Source of the DNA: Azolla caroliniana
Taxonomy: Eukaryota > Plantae > Polypodiophyta
Reading direction: 5' to 3'
Assembly (NCBI GenBank): GCA_043228905.1
Contig: JBHGNT010000002.1
Location: forward strand, 22,754,001 to 22,818,000
Length of the DNA: 64,000 nt
The translations under genes and the position numbers were made by a program. Positions within the stretch are counted from its first letter, which is position 1, and every line of letters begins with the position of its first letter. The notes under the pieces were generated by a model. It was not told the origin of the DNA, searched no databases, and saw only the letters and a list, made by a program, of their open reading frames with translations. This document shows, piece by piece, positions 1-10,233 of the stretch.

Positions 1-981
1 GCGACACGGCATGTAGAAGCCGTTAACTACTCAGTGTCGGCGGGAATTCGGGTTGGGGGTGATGAGACCCGGAAGGTGAAGGACTCCGGATTCTGGCCGC
101 TAGTGCTGGAAGGCCTCTCCGGAGTTCGGCTGAAGAAGGAAGAGGCGGACCGCGCGGAACAACGGGTCCAGGAGGTCACCGAATGGTACGATCCGGTCGA
201 AGAGAAAACGGGCTTCGTAGAAGCCACTTTCCAGAACTACGAGGCTCTGGTTGAAGACAAACGGGCAGGAAAGGCCAGGTGCGTCGGTCCCCCGCAGAGG
301 TACGAGACCTGGTTCGGACCGAAACCGATCGGTGCCGGCAACCCAGGCGCGCCGGACGGGAAGAAGCAGGTGGGGTTTCGGTTTAGCATCGAAATTGAGA
401 CAACAACGGACCTACGGAAGGTCCTTGAAGAGCGGATCCTCGACAATAAAGTGGAGCTGTCGTTGTGGGAGGTGCTGGGAATCGCCAAGAGGGAGTTCCA
501 CGACTCCATTGTAGACTTGGTGAAGCGGAAGAGGCTCTCGACGGAGACCCTTGTGAGGATCGACGACGTTCCGGAACCGGTGGTGGCCTTGGTAGACCAT
601 GGATCCGAAATCAACCTGATGTCCATAGATTTCTACAAGAGGGGTAAATGGCCGATCAACACCAAGCATGGGTGGAAGATATGCGCGGCAACGTGTGCTA
701 CGGAGGAGCTGCATGGTGCGTGCCTGAATATACACGTAAAGGTCGGTGACGTCGAGATAGATAAACATTTCTTCGTGCAGGAAAAATCGTCGCACCCGGT
801 GATTCTCGGCGAACCATACATTACGGCAGCACGCATGGAGACAAAGGTGTTGGATAACGGTTCGGCGTACGCGCGTGTCAAGAGCCAAGATGGTCAACAT
901 TCCGTCCAAATCATGACCGTATGTCCGAACCATGAGAGGGATCGCGAGACCCTTAGCGGCGACAACCGAGGGGATTTTTAG
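1..981 (+). pseudogene. Element A gag C-terminus + aspartic protease (LVDHGSEIN), with an internal deletion relative to element B
   Basis: ORF 34..981 aligns with the C-terminal half of ORF 8062..10251 and ends GGGGATTTTTAG, like element B. Confidence 0.9.
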
Positions 982-1299
982 AGGGGGCTATCAAGGCGTG
1001 GGGCCGCGGTAGTCCGGACGTACCGGAAGAACCCCACACATGTACAGTAGGTAGGAAGTTTTGGTTCTCCGAAAACGGAGGTTGTACTATAGCCGGCGTC
1101 AGCGGCCGGGAGAGGAAGCGTGCGGAGGAGCGGCTCAGGGGATGCAGAGTCCTCTCCCCCGACGAAGAAATCAGCGGCGCCGTGGAGGCAGTCTCTTTTG
1201 ACGACACTTTGGGCGAGTTGCGAAAGGTGATCGGTGAAGACCTTAGAGAAGACCGGACCGTTTCGTTTAGTTTGATGGGAATGTACGAAGTCATCACGG

Positions 1300-2569
1300 T
1301 GTCGTGTGAATCTTCACACTCTATGTAAAAAAATAATGAAATAATTATTATAGATTAGATTAGTAGCTTACTATAGAAAGATGGATATACTCAAGAGCTT
1401 CAAAATGTATTTTACTATATACAAAATGGAGAAATACATATCAAGTTATGTGAAAATAAAGTTTGAGAAGATAGAGAAATTAGAACTATCCCACATAGAT
1501 AGGAAACTTAAGGCCCTGGCTATATAAGCACCTTTAGCTCCATCATTTTTCATTTGTTCTAAGAGCACTTTGGTCACTTTGTCTTGATGGATGATGGTGG
1601 CCAAATTTCCTAAATCTGGAAACCGGCCGGTAAACAAATCCGGAAACCGGCTGGTAAGCAAATCCGGAAAATGGGTCCGGTAAGCAAATCCGGAAACTGG
1701 CCGATATGCAAAATCGGAACCGGAACCGGCAAGCAAATCGGAACCGGCCAGCAAGCAAAACCGGAACCAAAATTGGTATGCAAACCAGAACCGGAATCGG
1801 TATGCAAATCGGAACCGCCAAGCAAACTGGAACCGGCCGACAAGCAAAATCGGAACCGGCCGGCAAGCAAAACCGGAACCAGAACCGGAACTGGCCGGCA
1901 AGCAAAATGGAACCGGTCGGCGAGGGATTCGGCGATCGGGCGGAACCGGCGACCGTACGAGGTTGGACGCAAATCGAACGGATAAAAGGATCATGTGGCT
2001 ATTTAAAGAAAGGTAAAAGAGACTAAAGTAAAGGTCAAGTGGACGGTCGCATGCAACTAAAGAAAAAGCCATGCAACTAAAAATAGATTCAACAAAAAGA
2101 AAAGCTATGCAACTAAAAGTAGAGGCCATGCAACAAAAAGTGGAGGCATATGATCAACGAGGAACTCCATATATAATTCCATTTTTTTTCCTATACTGGG
2201 ATGCTCTCTCCATATTATATTGTTCTTCTTTTCCTTCGGAGCTCTCTTATCTTATCGAAGCCAAGAACCCTAAATTTCCTTATAGAAGTCATAAAATCCA
2301 AAATTCCTTGTCAAAGCCATATCACTCAAGACTCATAATCTCTTATTTCCTCTAATCTATTATTCTAATCATCTCCATAAGATAAAACTTTTGTAATCCC
2401 AATCTTGGGATTGATTGTAATCTTTCTTTCCCTTTTATTAATGAAATTTGTTAATCTTTCTCATTTCGGTTAATTCTTAGTACATAAATACACGAATTTG
2501 ATATCCTCTAGACAAAGGCCCCGGGGTCTTGCCTCAACGTTCACGTATCCTCGTCGTATTTTCGCGACA
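1300..2569 (+). mobile_element. Solo LTR (1270 bp) of the TGTCG...CGACA family inserted in element A pol
   Basis: Termini TGTCG/CGACA. 4-bp TSD ACGG (1296-1299) / ACAG (2570-2573). 3' end resembles the U5 end of the element B LTR. Confidence 0.88.
1610..1960 (+). repeat. Degenerate minisatellite of GCAAA(T/A)CCGGAA(A)CCGG units inside the solo LTR
   Basis: More than 12 imperfect ~18-25 bp units are visible directly. Confidence 0.85.
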
Positions 2570-3725
2570 ACAGACTTCGAGGAAAGGATCGGGTCGGATC
2601 GGACGGCCCGCGTGGATACAAAGTACAAGACTGTGGACCGGAAGGTGAGGCCAGTCGCGGCACCCTTGCCGAAGGGCAGCGAGGAGCAGATAAAAGGGGT
2701 CACGTCAGACCCAAGTTTATGGAATCCGGCTAACATAGGGCACCGGTTCACCGACATAACGCTACGGGAGCTCAAGGTTGGTGGGGCTGGCTTTCTACTG
2801 CCGGCGGAGGAGGACATGTTTCGGAGAATGATCGGAAGGCATGGGAAAGCCTTCGCATTCTCGCCGGAGTGATCGGGTGCATAGACCTGACGATCGTCGA
2901 ACCGATGGTGATCTTCAAGGGACCGCATGTATCGTGGAATCTCAAACCGATTCTGGTGCCGAGAACTCACATCCCGGAGTTGATGGAACTTCTGAAGCAG
3001 AAGGTGGAGATGGGCATCCTCGAACCGTCGAATGCCCCATATTCGAACCGGTGGTTTACGGTGCCGAAGAAGAACGACACGTTGCGTTTCATTCAGGACC
3101 TGCAACCGGTCAACAGGGTAACCATCCGTAATGCAGGAATCGGACCGACCATAGACGAGATCGCGGAGGCCTTTGCTAGGAGGTCGATTTATTCGGTCGA
3201 TGACTTATACTCGGGGTACGACCAGTTCCAGCTAGCCGTGGATGCGAACCCCTCTCGGCCTAGTACGGATGTGTACCCTACCACAAGGTGGGACGAACTC
3301 GGTGGCGCATATGGTGAACGCAATGAACAAGGTGCTGAGGGACTGCATCCCGAACATCACCATGCCATTCTTGGACGACATCCCGATAAAGGGGTGTCCA
3401 GTGGATGATGCGGATGAGACCGTCGGGCCAGATGGATGCCGGAGGTTCGTCGTGAACCACATCAACGATTGCGAGAAGGTGCTGCAGAGGCTCGAAAGCG
3501 CACGACTCACCTTCTCCGGAGAAAAATCGGCGTTCGGGCAGTCAGAGATCTTGGTGGTCGGACACTTGTCCGGGCCTTACGGTAGGAGACCATCTCCGGC
3601 AAAGGTAGAAGCCATCTCCGCGATGAAGGACGACTGCGGGTCGGTTACGGAGGTCTGCAGATTCTTGGGGGTGTGCGCGTTCTACCACATCTCGATTCCG
3701 CGCATGTTGTGGAGCCGCTCTACGG

Positions 3726-4529
3726 TGTCGAGATATTACGCAAGTGCGTGTGGAATCGAGGCGGGACCGCGGGGGTCTCGAACCAAAGAGCAAGCGAGGG
3801 AGGAGAAAGAGAGAGAACCGGCTACGCAGGACCGGGGATACACAGGGACACGGCCCTTCAGCACGGAGAAGCGAACAGACACCGACACAGACAGATGCGA
3901 ACGACTAAATATGTATATTAACAAAATTGCTAACACGATTACAACCCTCGGTGGGGCACAGGTTGGTTACAACCGAACAGGCCGGCGAACAGATGCCGAT
4001 GCCTGTTCGCTTCGACGCACAAACGGGGTAGCAGGTCGGAGGTGCTGCCGGAAGCACTCGGGCGTTCCTCGAAACAGCGCGAGCCTCCTCGGAACCCTGC
4101 ACAGAAGCTATGGAGCTCGAGAAGGAAGGAAGCACAGAGAGAGAGAGAGAGAGAGAAGCTCCCAGAAACGGTCCGGCAGCACTTCGTCCTCTCCGCGCGA
4201 GATGCCTGCAACAGCCCTTTCCTCCTCTTTTTATAGCCCGACGAGCAGGCCGTCCTGTCAGCTTTATTCCCTGTCCCTTTTAGACAGGGATCCGCTCCGT
4301 CCTTCACGCGTCCGCGTAGTTACGCCGCCGACTCGTACAGTTCCTTCGCTCGCGCGCGCGACCGAAAAGACTGTTCGCGCGGTCTTCGTCTCCACTTGTG
4401 CTAGGGCCCGTTCCTGCCGATTATCCTCCTAATTCGCTTCCGTGTACAACTTGGAGCTTGCGCGCGTGAAGAACCGGTTCCCATGCCTAGGTGCACCGAA
4501 TCCGCCTATGGACGGTTTTCTTCACGACA
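3726..4529 (-). repeat. 3' LTR of element B
   Basis: TGTCG...CGACA termini, 804 bp, near-identical to 10234-11037, adjacent to the PPT. Confidence 0.97.
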
Positions 4530-4544
4530 TCCGCCCCCACCTAA
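4530..4544 (-). other. Polypurine tract of element B
   Basis: TTAGGTGGGGGCGGA on the minus strand immediately before the 3' LTR; identical to element A PPT at 13939-13953. Confidence 0.9.
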
Positions 4545-4600
4545 CCGCGCATCCTCCGGTATGCGCCAAGAGAGTTGGGACGGAGAAAACCGGCCCGTCT

Positions 4601-7600
4601 TCATTCCTCGTTTTCGGATCGTTCGCCACTGCTGACTAGGAGAGCCGGGTCCGGCTCATCGTCATGTCGCTTCTTGAACGCTTTGATCCGCTTCCCTGCA
4701 ACCGGTATCGCCACTCTCGTGCCGTCAAGTTCCGCCAGGTGATATGTCCCGTTGTCATTGGCGCTCCGTACCACGTAAGGCCCAAACCACCTTCGTGCGA
4801 ACTTCCGTGTGGCTCGGTGCTGGTTGTCGAGGCTGCTGTCGTAGACGAGCACCCAGTCACCTTCTTCGATCTTCTTTGGTCGGAGCCGGTGCGTTCGGTC
4901 GAACCTGGCTTTGTTCTTTGCCCTCGCCACCCGGAGCCTCTCCGTAGCCAGTTCCACGTCCTCCGGTCTCCGCTCGAGCTGTCGTATGCGCGCGGCCAAC
5001 AACTCCTCCCGGCTCATCTCGTCCCGCCAGGCGACCGTTGCCCACGAGGAGATCGTCCGTTCCATCGGCATGACCGGCTTCTGGCCGAACATGAGCTCCG
5101 TCGGCATGTACCCGGTTACCGAACTGTGCGTGGTCCGGTCTGCCCACAAAGCATACGGTAGCAGCCGCGGCCAGTTACCGACTTGGCCTCCGCATGCCCG
5201 AACCAAAGCCTTGACGATCGGCCCGTGTCCGCGCTCCACCTTCCCATTTGCCTCCGGATTGTACGCAGTGGTGAGCGAGAGCTTGACTCCCAGCCGGTCG
5301 AACAGCTCCGCGGCTTCTTCGGCGTCCAACTCCCCTCGGTCAGCCACGATCTTCCCGACGCACCCGTACCGGCATATCACGTCTTCGATTAGGAACCGGC
5401 ATACGGCCGCGGTCGTTTTGTTCGGAAGGGCCCGGCCTTCCACTTGGTTCGTCAGATCCTCCCGCGCTAGGACCAGGTACCGCATCTGTCCTACTCCCAT
5501 TGGCATCGTTACCAGATCTACCATCCATTTGAAGTGGATGGTTGGAGGGTACGTGGGGTGAAGCTCGTCCCGATGTCGGACTATGGAGTGCATCTGACAG
5601 CTCTCGCAAGTTGTCACGAACCGATGCACGTCCTGGTACTGCCCCGGCCACCAATACTTCCCCTTCAGTTTCTCAAACGTAGCCCATGTTCCACGGTGTC
5701 CAGCCCAAGGGCTGTCGTGGTAGGCCGTCAGCAGCTCCTCCTGTTCTTCCTTCATCGCCACCACCCGGAGCGGAGCGCCGTCCCTCTTCTTCGGGTGCTT
5801 CCATAGGTAGCCATCCCGGAGAAAGAACCGGTACGCTTTCCTCCGGATCCGGTTGGCCTCGTCCTTCGTCCATGACGCATCGGGCGTCATTGTCTTCAAA
5901 AACCCACCGATCTGCAGCCACTCCCCGTCGTACTTGCTCGCGTCGAAGTCGTTAAGCGCCGGAGTGCTTGTCCCGCCGGTTGTTACATACGCAGTCTCGA
6001 AGAAGTCCACGCCGACCTCTTCGTCCTCCGAGACCATGCCGCCCTCGTCCTCGAATCTCGCCCTTGAAAGCATGTCGGCCATGGCGTTGTCTTTCCCGGA
6101 AATGTGTCGTATTACCGGGTCTAGGGACTTGATGTACGCTATCCACCTGAGCATTGCCAGGTCCGGCGTCGCGCATCCGGAAACCATGCCGAGAATCGGC
6201 ATGCAATCCGTCTCTATGATTACCTCCGTCCCGATCAGATAGTCCTTGTCGGACTTCACCGCCGAAACGATACCCCAGAGTTCGCGCTTAACCTGGGCGT
6301 ATCCTCGCTGCCGTTCGCTGAGGACCTTCGCGCCGAATCGGATCGGAAACCGATTGCCGTCCTCGTCTGCTTGGTTGACGACCCACCCGATTCCGGTCGG
6401 ACTCGTGTCAACCGTTATGTACACTGGGGTGTCCTTCCCGTAGACAGCCTTTCGGAGCGCCGGTGCTGCCGAAAGAGCCTCCTTCAGCTTCCGGACCGAC
6501 TCCGCGTGCTTGTCTAGCCATTCGAATCTTCGCCCTTTCTTCAATAATCCGTACAGCGGCTCCGCGACGTGCGCGTAATGCGGGATCCATATGTGGTAGA
6601 AGGCGCATGCTCCCAAGAATCTTCGTACTTCCGTGACCGAGCTGCAGTCAGGCTTCATCGCGGAGATGGCCTCTACCTTTGCCGGAGACGGTTTCCGGCC
6701 ATATGGCCCGCACAAATGTCCGACCACCATGATTTCCGACTGCCCGAAGGCAGACTTCTCCCCCGAGAAGGTGAGCCTCGTATCCTCTAGCCTTTGCAGC
6801 ACCTTCTCGCAGTCGTCGATGTGCATTACCACGAATCGCCGGCATCCGTCCGGCCCGACCGTCTCGTCCTTCTCTTCTACCGGGCATCCCTTGATCGGGA
6901 TGTCGTCTAGAAACGGCATGGTGATGTCCGGGATGCAGTCCCTCAGCACCTTGTTCATTGCATTCACCATGTGGGCCACCGAGTTGGTCCCTCCTTGCGG
7001 CAGCGTACACATCCGCACTAGGCCGAGGGGAGTTCGCATCGTCGTAATGTCTCTGCTCTCCACGGCTAGCTGGAACTGGTCATACCCTGAGTATAGATCA
7101 CCGACCGAGTAAATCGACCTTCCGGCGAAGGCCTCCGCGAACTCGTCTACGGTCGGTCCGATTCCTGCGTTCCGAATGGTCACCCTATTGACCGGTTGCA
7201 GGTCCTGAATGAAGCGTAATGACCCGTTTTTCTTTGGTACGGTAAACCATCGGTTTGAATACGGGGCGCTCGACGGCTCGAGAATGCCCATATCAACTTT
7301 CTGCTTCAACAGCTCCATCAACTTCGGGATGTGAGCTCTCGGAACCGGAATTGGCTTGAGATTCCACGGTACATGCGGTACCGTGAATATCACCATTGGC
7401 TCTACGATCGTCGGGTCTACGCACCCGATTTCCTCCGGTGAGAATGCGAAGGCTTTCCCGTGCCTTCCGAGCATTCTCCGAAACCGGTCTTCCTCCACCG
7501 GCAGTAGGAACCCGCCCCCACCGATCTTCAGCTCGCGGAGCGTCTCGTTGGTGAAGGTGTGCCCTATGCCGGCCGGATCTCGTAAGCTGGGGTCCGATGC

Positions 7601-8071
7601 AACCCTTTTGGTTCGGGATTCGCTGCCCTCCGGTAAGGGCGCCGCAACTGGCCTCACCTTCCGGTCCACCGACTTGTACTTGGTGCTCACTCGGGCCGTC
7701 CATTCCGACTCGAGCCCTCGACCGAAGTCCGCGATGACTTCGTACATTTCTTCGGAACATACCGGTATCGTCCGGTCTTCGTTAAGGTCTTCTTCGACTA
7801 CCTTCCCCAACATCCCCAAGGTGTCGTCGAAGGAGACTGCCTCCGCGGCTCCGTTGATTCCTTCGTCAGGGCCGAGAACTCCGCACGCCCGAAGTCTCCC
7901 CTCCGTCTTTGTTTTCTCTCGGCCGGTGATGCCGACCATCGTCCATGCTCCGCTGTCGGAGAAGCAAAATTTCCTACCTATTGTACACGGGTTTATCGTA
8001 CAGATGTGGGGTTTTTCCGGAGCATCCGGACTGTCGCGGCCCCACGCCTTGGCAGTCCTCTCTAAAAATCC
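4601..8071 (-). CDS. pol: Element B pol (RT, RNase H, integrase with GPY motif, no chromodomain), in the -1 frame relative to gag-PR
   Basis: ORF 4601..7939 (1112 aa); the frame stays open upstream to the slippery site at 8071. RT LPQG and FLDD motifs, RNase H DTS, integrase HHCC and D,D,E. Confidence 0.95.
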   Translation of the reverse strand, partial: GFLERTAKAWGRDSPDAPEKPHICTINPCTIGRKFCFSDSGAWTMVGITGREKTKTEGRLRACGVLGPDEGINGAAEAVSFDDTLGMLGKVVEEDLNEDRTIPVCSEEMYEVIADFGRGLESEWTARVSTKYKSVDRKVRPVAAPLPEGSESRTKRVASDPSLRDPAGIGHTFTNETLRELKIGGGGFLLPVEEDRFRRMLGRHGKAFAFSPEEIGCVDPTIVEPMVIFTVPHVPWNLKPIPVPRAHIPKLMELLKQKVDMGILEPSSAPYSNRWFTVPKKNGSLRFIQDLQPVNRVTIRNAGIGPTVDEFAEAFAGRSIYSVGDLYSGYDQFQLAVESRDITTMRTPLGLVRMCTLPQGGTNSVAHMVNAMNKVLRDCIPDITMPFLDDIPIKGCPVEEKDETVGPDGCRRFVVMHIDDCEKVLQRLEDTRLTFSGEKSAFGQSEIMVVGHLCGPYGRKPSPAKVEAISAMKPDCSSVTEVRRFLGACAFYHIWIPHYAHVAEPLYGLLKKGRRFEWLDKHAESVRKLKEALSAAPALRKAVYGKDTPVYITVDTSPTGIGWVVNQADEDGNRFPIRFGAKVLSERQRGYAQVKRELWGIVSAVKSDKDYLIGTEVIIETDCMPILGMVSGCATPDLAMLRWIAYIKSLDPVIRHISGKDNAMADMLSRARFEDEGGMVSEDEEVGVDFFETAYVTTGGTSTPALNDFDASKYDGEWLQIGGFLKTMTPDASWTKDEANRIRRKAYRFFLRDGYLWKHPKKRDGAPLRVVAMKEEQEELLTAYHDSPWAGHRGTWATFEKLKGKYWWPGQYQDVHRFVTTCESCQMHSIVRHRDELHPTYPPTIHFKWMVDLVTMPMGVGQMRYLVLAREDLTNQVEGRALPNKTTAAVCRFLIEDVICRYGCVGKIVADRGELDAEEAAELFDRLGVKLSLTTAYNPEANGKVERGHGPIVKALVRACGGQVGNWPRLLPYALWADRTTHSSVTGYMPTELMFGQKPVMPMERTISSWATVAWRDEMSREELLAARIRQLERRPEDVELATERLRVARAKNKARFDRTHRLRPKKIEEGDWVLVYDSSLDNQHRATRKFARRWFGPYVVRSANDNGTYHLAELDGTRVAIPVAGKRIKAFKKRHDDEPDPALLVSSGERSENEE
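8006..8071 (-). promoter_or_regulatory. Putative -1 programmed ribosomal frameshift signal (G GAU UUU + pseudoknot)
   Basis: Heptamer 8071-8065, 6-nt spacer, stem GGACUG/CAGUCC, loop GUGGGG complementary to downstream CCCCAC. Same architecture in element A at 972-1037. Confidence 0.75.
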
Positions 8072-10188
8072 TCTCGGTTTTCGGAACCGAGGGAATCGTA
8101 GTTACGTTCGTGGTTCGGCCGTACCGTCAGAAACTGGACCGAATGGCGCCCGTCTTGGCTTTTGACCCTTGCGTAGGCCGAACCATTGTCCAGCACCTTG
8201 GTCTCCATCCGCGCCGCCGTGATGTACGGCTCTCCCAGTATGACCGGATGCGAAGACGTTTCCTGCACGAAGAACTGCTGGTCGATCTCGACGTCGCCGA
8301 TCTTGACTCGCACATTCGGACAGGCCCCGTGCAGCTCCTCGGTGGCGCGCGTTGCCGCCCTTATTTTCCACCCGTGCTTGGTGTTGATCGGCCATTTGCC
8401 CTTCTTATAGAAGTCCATGGACATCAAGTTGATCTCCGATCCGTGGTCCACCAAAGCTATCACCGGTTCCTGGACATCGCCGATCTTCACCGGGGTTTCC
8501 GTGGTCGCTCGGGCCCAGTGTGGTCTCGAATAGTGGCTTTCCGCCCACTCGTCTCCCAGCGCCATGTCGTCTAGGTGCGTCGTCCGCACTCCCACCGGTC
8601 TTTCCGGTTCTGTCTCCGTCGACAGCCTCTTCCGTTTCACCAAGTCCACGATGGAGTCGTGGAACTCCTTCTTGGCGATTCCCAGCACCTCTCGTAACGA
8701 CAGCTCCACCTTGCTGTCGAGGATCCGTTCCTCCAGGACCTTTCGTAAGTCCGTGGTCCTTTCTATCTCCGTCCCCAGACGGTACCCGCCCTTCTGGGGT
8801 CTATCTTGCGTGCCGGCCCCGCCGGCTTCGTCCCGTCGTGGCCCGGACCAGGTCTCGTATCGTTGTGAGGGCCCGGTCGTCCCGGGTCTCCCCACCCGCT
8901 TCTCTTCTACCAGAGCCTCGTAGTTCTGGCAAGCGGCCTCCACGAAGCCCGTCCTTTCCTCGACCGGGTCGCTCCACCCGGTCATCTCCCGTACCCGTTT
9001 CTCCGCACGGTCCGATTCCTCCCCTTTAAGCCTTGCACCGGCAAGGCCTTCCAGCATCGTCGGCCAGAATCCGGCTCTGCTTTCCCTTCGGGCCTCGCCG
9101 CCCCCGACTCGAATGCCGGCCGACGCCGAGTAGTGGACGGTTTCCGCGTGTCGGGCCGCCGCCTCTTCCATCAACCTTTTCATACCACCTTTCCCGTCGT
9201 TTCGGCTCAGGGCCCTTCGGGTGTCGCTGGCATGCACCCGTCCTTCCCACAGGTACACCACCCTGTCCCTTAGCGCCTCCGCGAAGTCGCCGCAGTCCTT
9301 CCGAATGTGGCCGACTTCATCGCACCACATGCACCTGTTTCCTGCCGCCGGCCGTCGGTCACGAGCCGGTTCGCCTTCTTCCCTTCGGGCCTGCGCGATT
9401 TGGAGGTCCTTTATCGCCTTCGTCAATTCCTCCAGGGCCGCTCCTCCGGTTGAGCCTCTGACTACGCCGGTCGAAGCCGAACTGGTTTCCAACCACTCTC
9501 CGGTCTCTTCCTTTCGCACCCGTGGCGCTGGTTCGAACTTCCTTGCTGCGACCGAGCCCGACCCGGTTACCCCGTTATCCGCCCATTCTCGCCGTTTGTC
9601 GAAACGGCCACAGACTTTCTTGACAGCTGCCCAGTCGGTAGTGAGCCCGTCTTCGGTTTCCAGCAAGAGGCCCACTTGCTCCCGATCCCGCTCATCGACC
9701 GACTTGACAAACAGCAAGACCCGGCTCGTGTCCAGGATGGTTCGGTCGAGCGCCGAAAGGCGCGCAAAGTTTTCCTCGAACTCCCGGAGGAGTGCCGAAG
9801 CGTTTCTTCCCTTCCCCGGGGACTCCACCCATTCCATGAACCTTCGCTTCGAAAGCCGGAGCGCGTCGTCCAGCCCGTATTTCTCTAGGAGCCGACCTTC
9901 GAACTCCTCCCAGGTACGGCTCTCCGCCCGCACCTCGAGCACCTCCGCATGGATGCCCGGCATTGCGACTCGGGGAAATCCGGCAAGACGCCTTTCTTCC
10001 GGAATGTCCCGCATCAACATTTCCGCACCGTAGGACGCCAGATACTTCGTGGCATCCCTCCCATCGAACCGGCCGATCGTGCCGACAACCGCCTCAATAG
10101 CTCTGTCGAGGGCACCGGTGCCCTCGCGCGCGTTTACAATCCGATCCACGGCCGAAGCCATGGCCTCTGCAAGATCCGACCCCCTCAT
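8062..10188 (-). CDS. gag: Element B gag-protease polyprotein
   Basis: First ATG after the PBS is at 10188. CCHC knuckle CMWCDEVGHIRKDC; protease LVDHGSEIN...VILGEPY; TAG at 8062-8064. Confidence 0.93.
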   Translation of the reverse strand: MRGSDLAEAMASAVDRIVNAREGTGALDRAIEAVVGTIGRFDGRDATKYLASYGAEMLMRDIPEERRLAGFPRVAMPGIHAEVLEVRAESRTWEEFEGRLLEKYGLDDALRLSKRRFMEWVESPGKGRNASALLREFEENFARLSALDRTILDTSRVLLFVKSVDERDREQVGLLLETEDGLTTDWAAVKKVCGRFDKRREWADNGVTGSGSVAARKFEPAPRVRKEETGEWLETSSASTGVVRGSTGGAALEELTKAIKDLQIAQARREEGEPARDRRPAAGNRCMWCDEVGHIRKDCGDFAEALRDRVVYLWEGRVHASDTRRALSRNDGKGGMKRLMEEAAARHAETVHYSASAGIRVGGGEARRESRAGFWPTMLEGLAGARLKGEESDRAEKRVREMTGWSDPVEERTGFVEAACQNYEALVEEKRVGRPGTTGPSQRYETWSGPRRDEAGGAGTQDRPQKGGYRLGTEIERTTDLRKVLEERILDSKVELSLREVLGIAKKEFHDSIVDLVKRKRLSTETEPERPVGVRTTHLDDMALGDEWAESHYSRPHWARATTETPVKIGDVQEPVIALVDHGSEINLMSMDFYKKGKWPINTKHGWKIRAATRATEELHGACPNVRVKIGDVEIDQQFFVQETSSHPVILGEPYITAARMETKVLDNGSAYARVKSQDGRHSVQFLTVRPNHERNYDSLGSENREDF

Positions 10189-10210
10189 CTTCTGCTCTTC
10201 TGCCGCCTCT

Positions 10211-10228
10211 TTCACGTCGGGTTCACCA
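10211..10228 (-). other. Primer binding site complementary to tRNA-Trp
   Basis: Minus strand TGGTGAACCCGACGTGAA is complementary to the 3' 18 nt of plant cytosolic tRNA-Trp (...TTCACGTCGGGTTCA-CCA, recalled sequence); 5 nt from the LTR. Confidence 0.85.
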
Positions 10229-10233
10229 AAGGA

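Noticed and set aside
1446-2129. Several overlapping ORFs with repetitive peptides
   Set aside because: These are translations of the CCGG minisatellite in a solo LTR.
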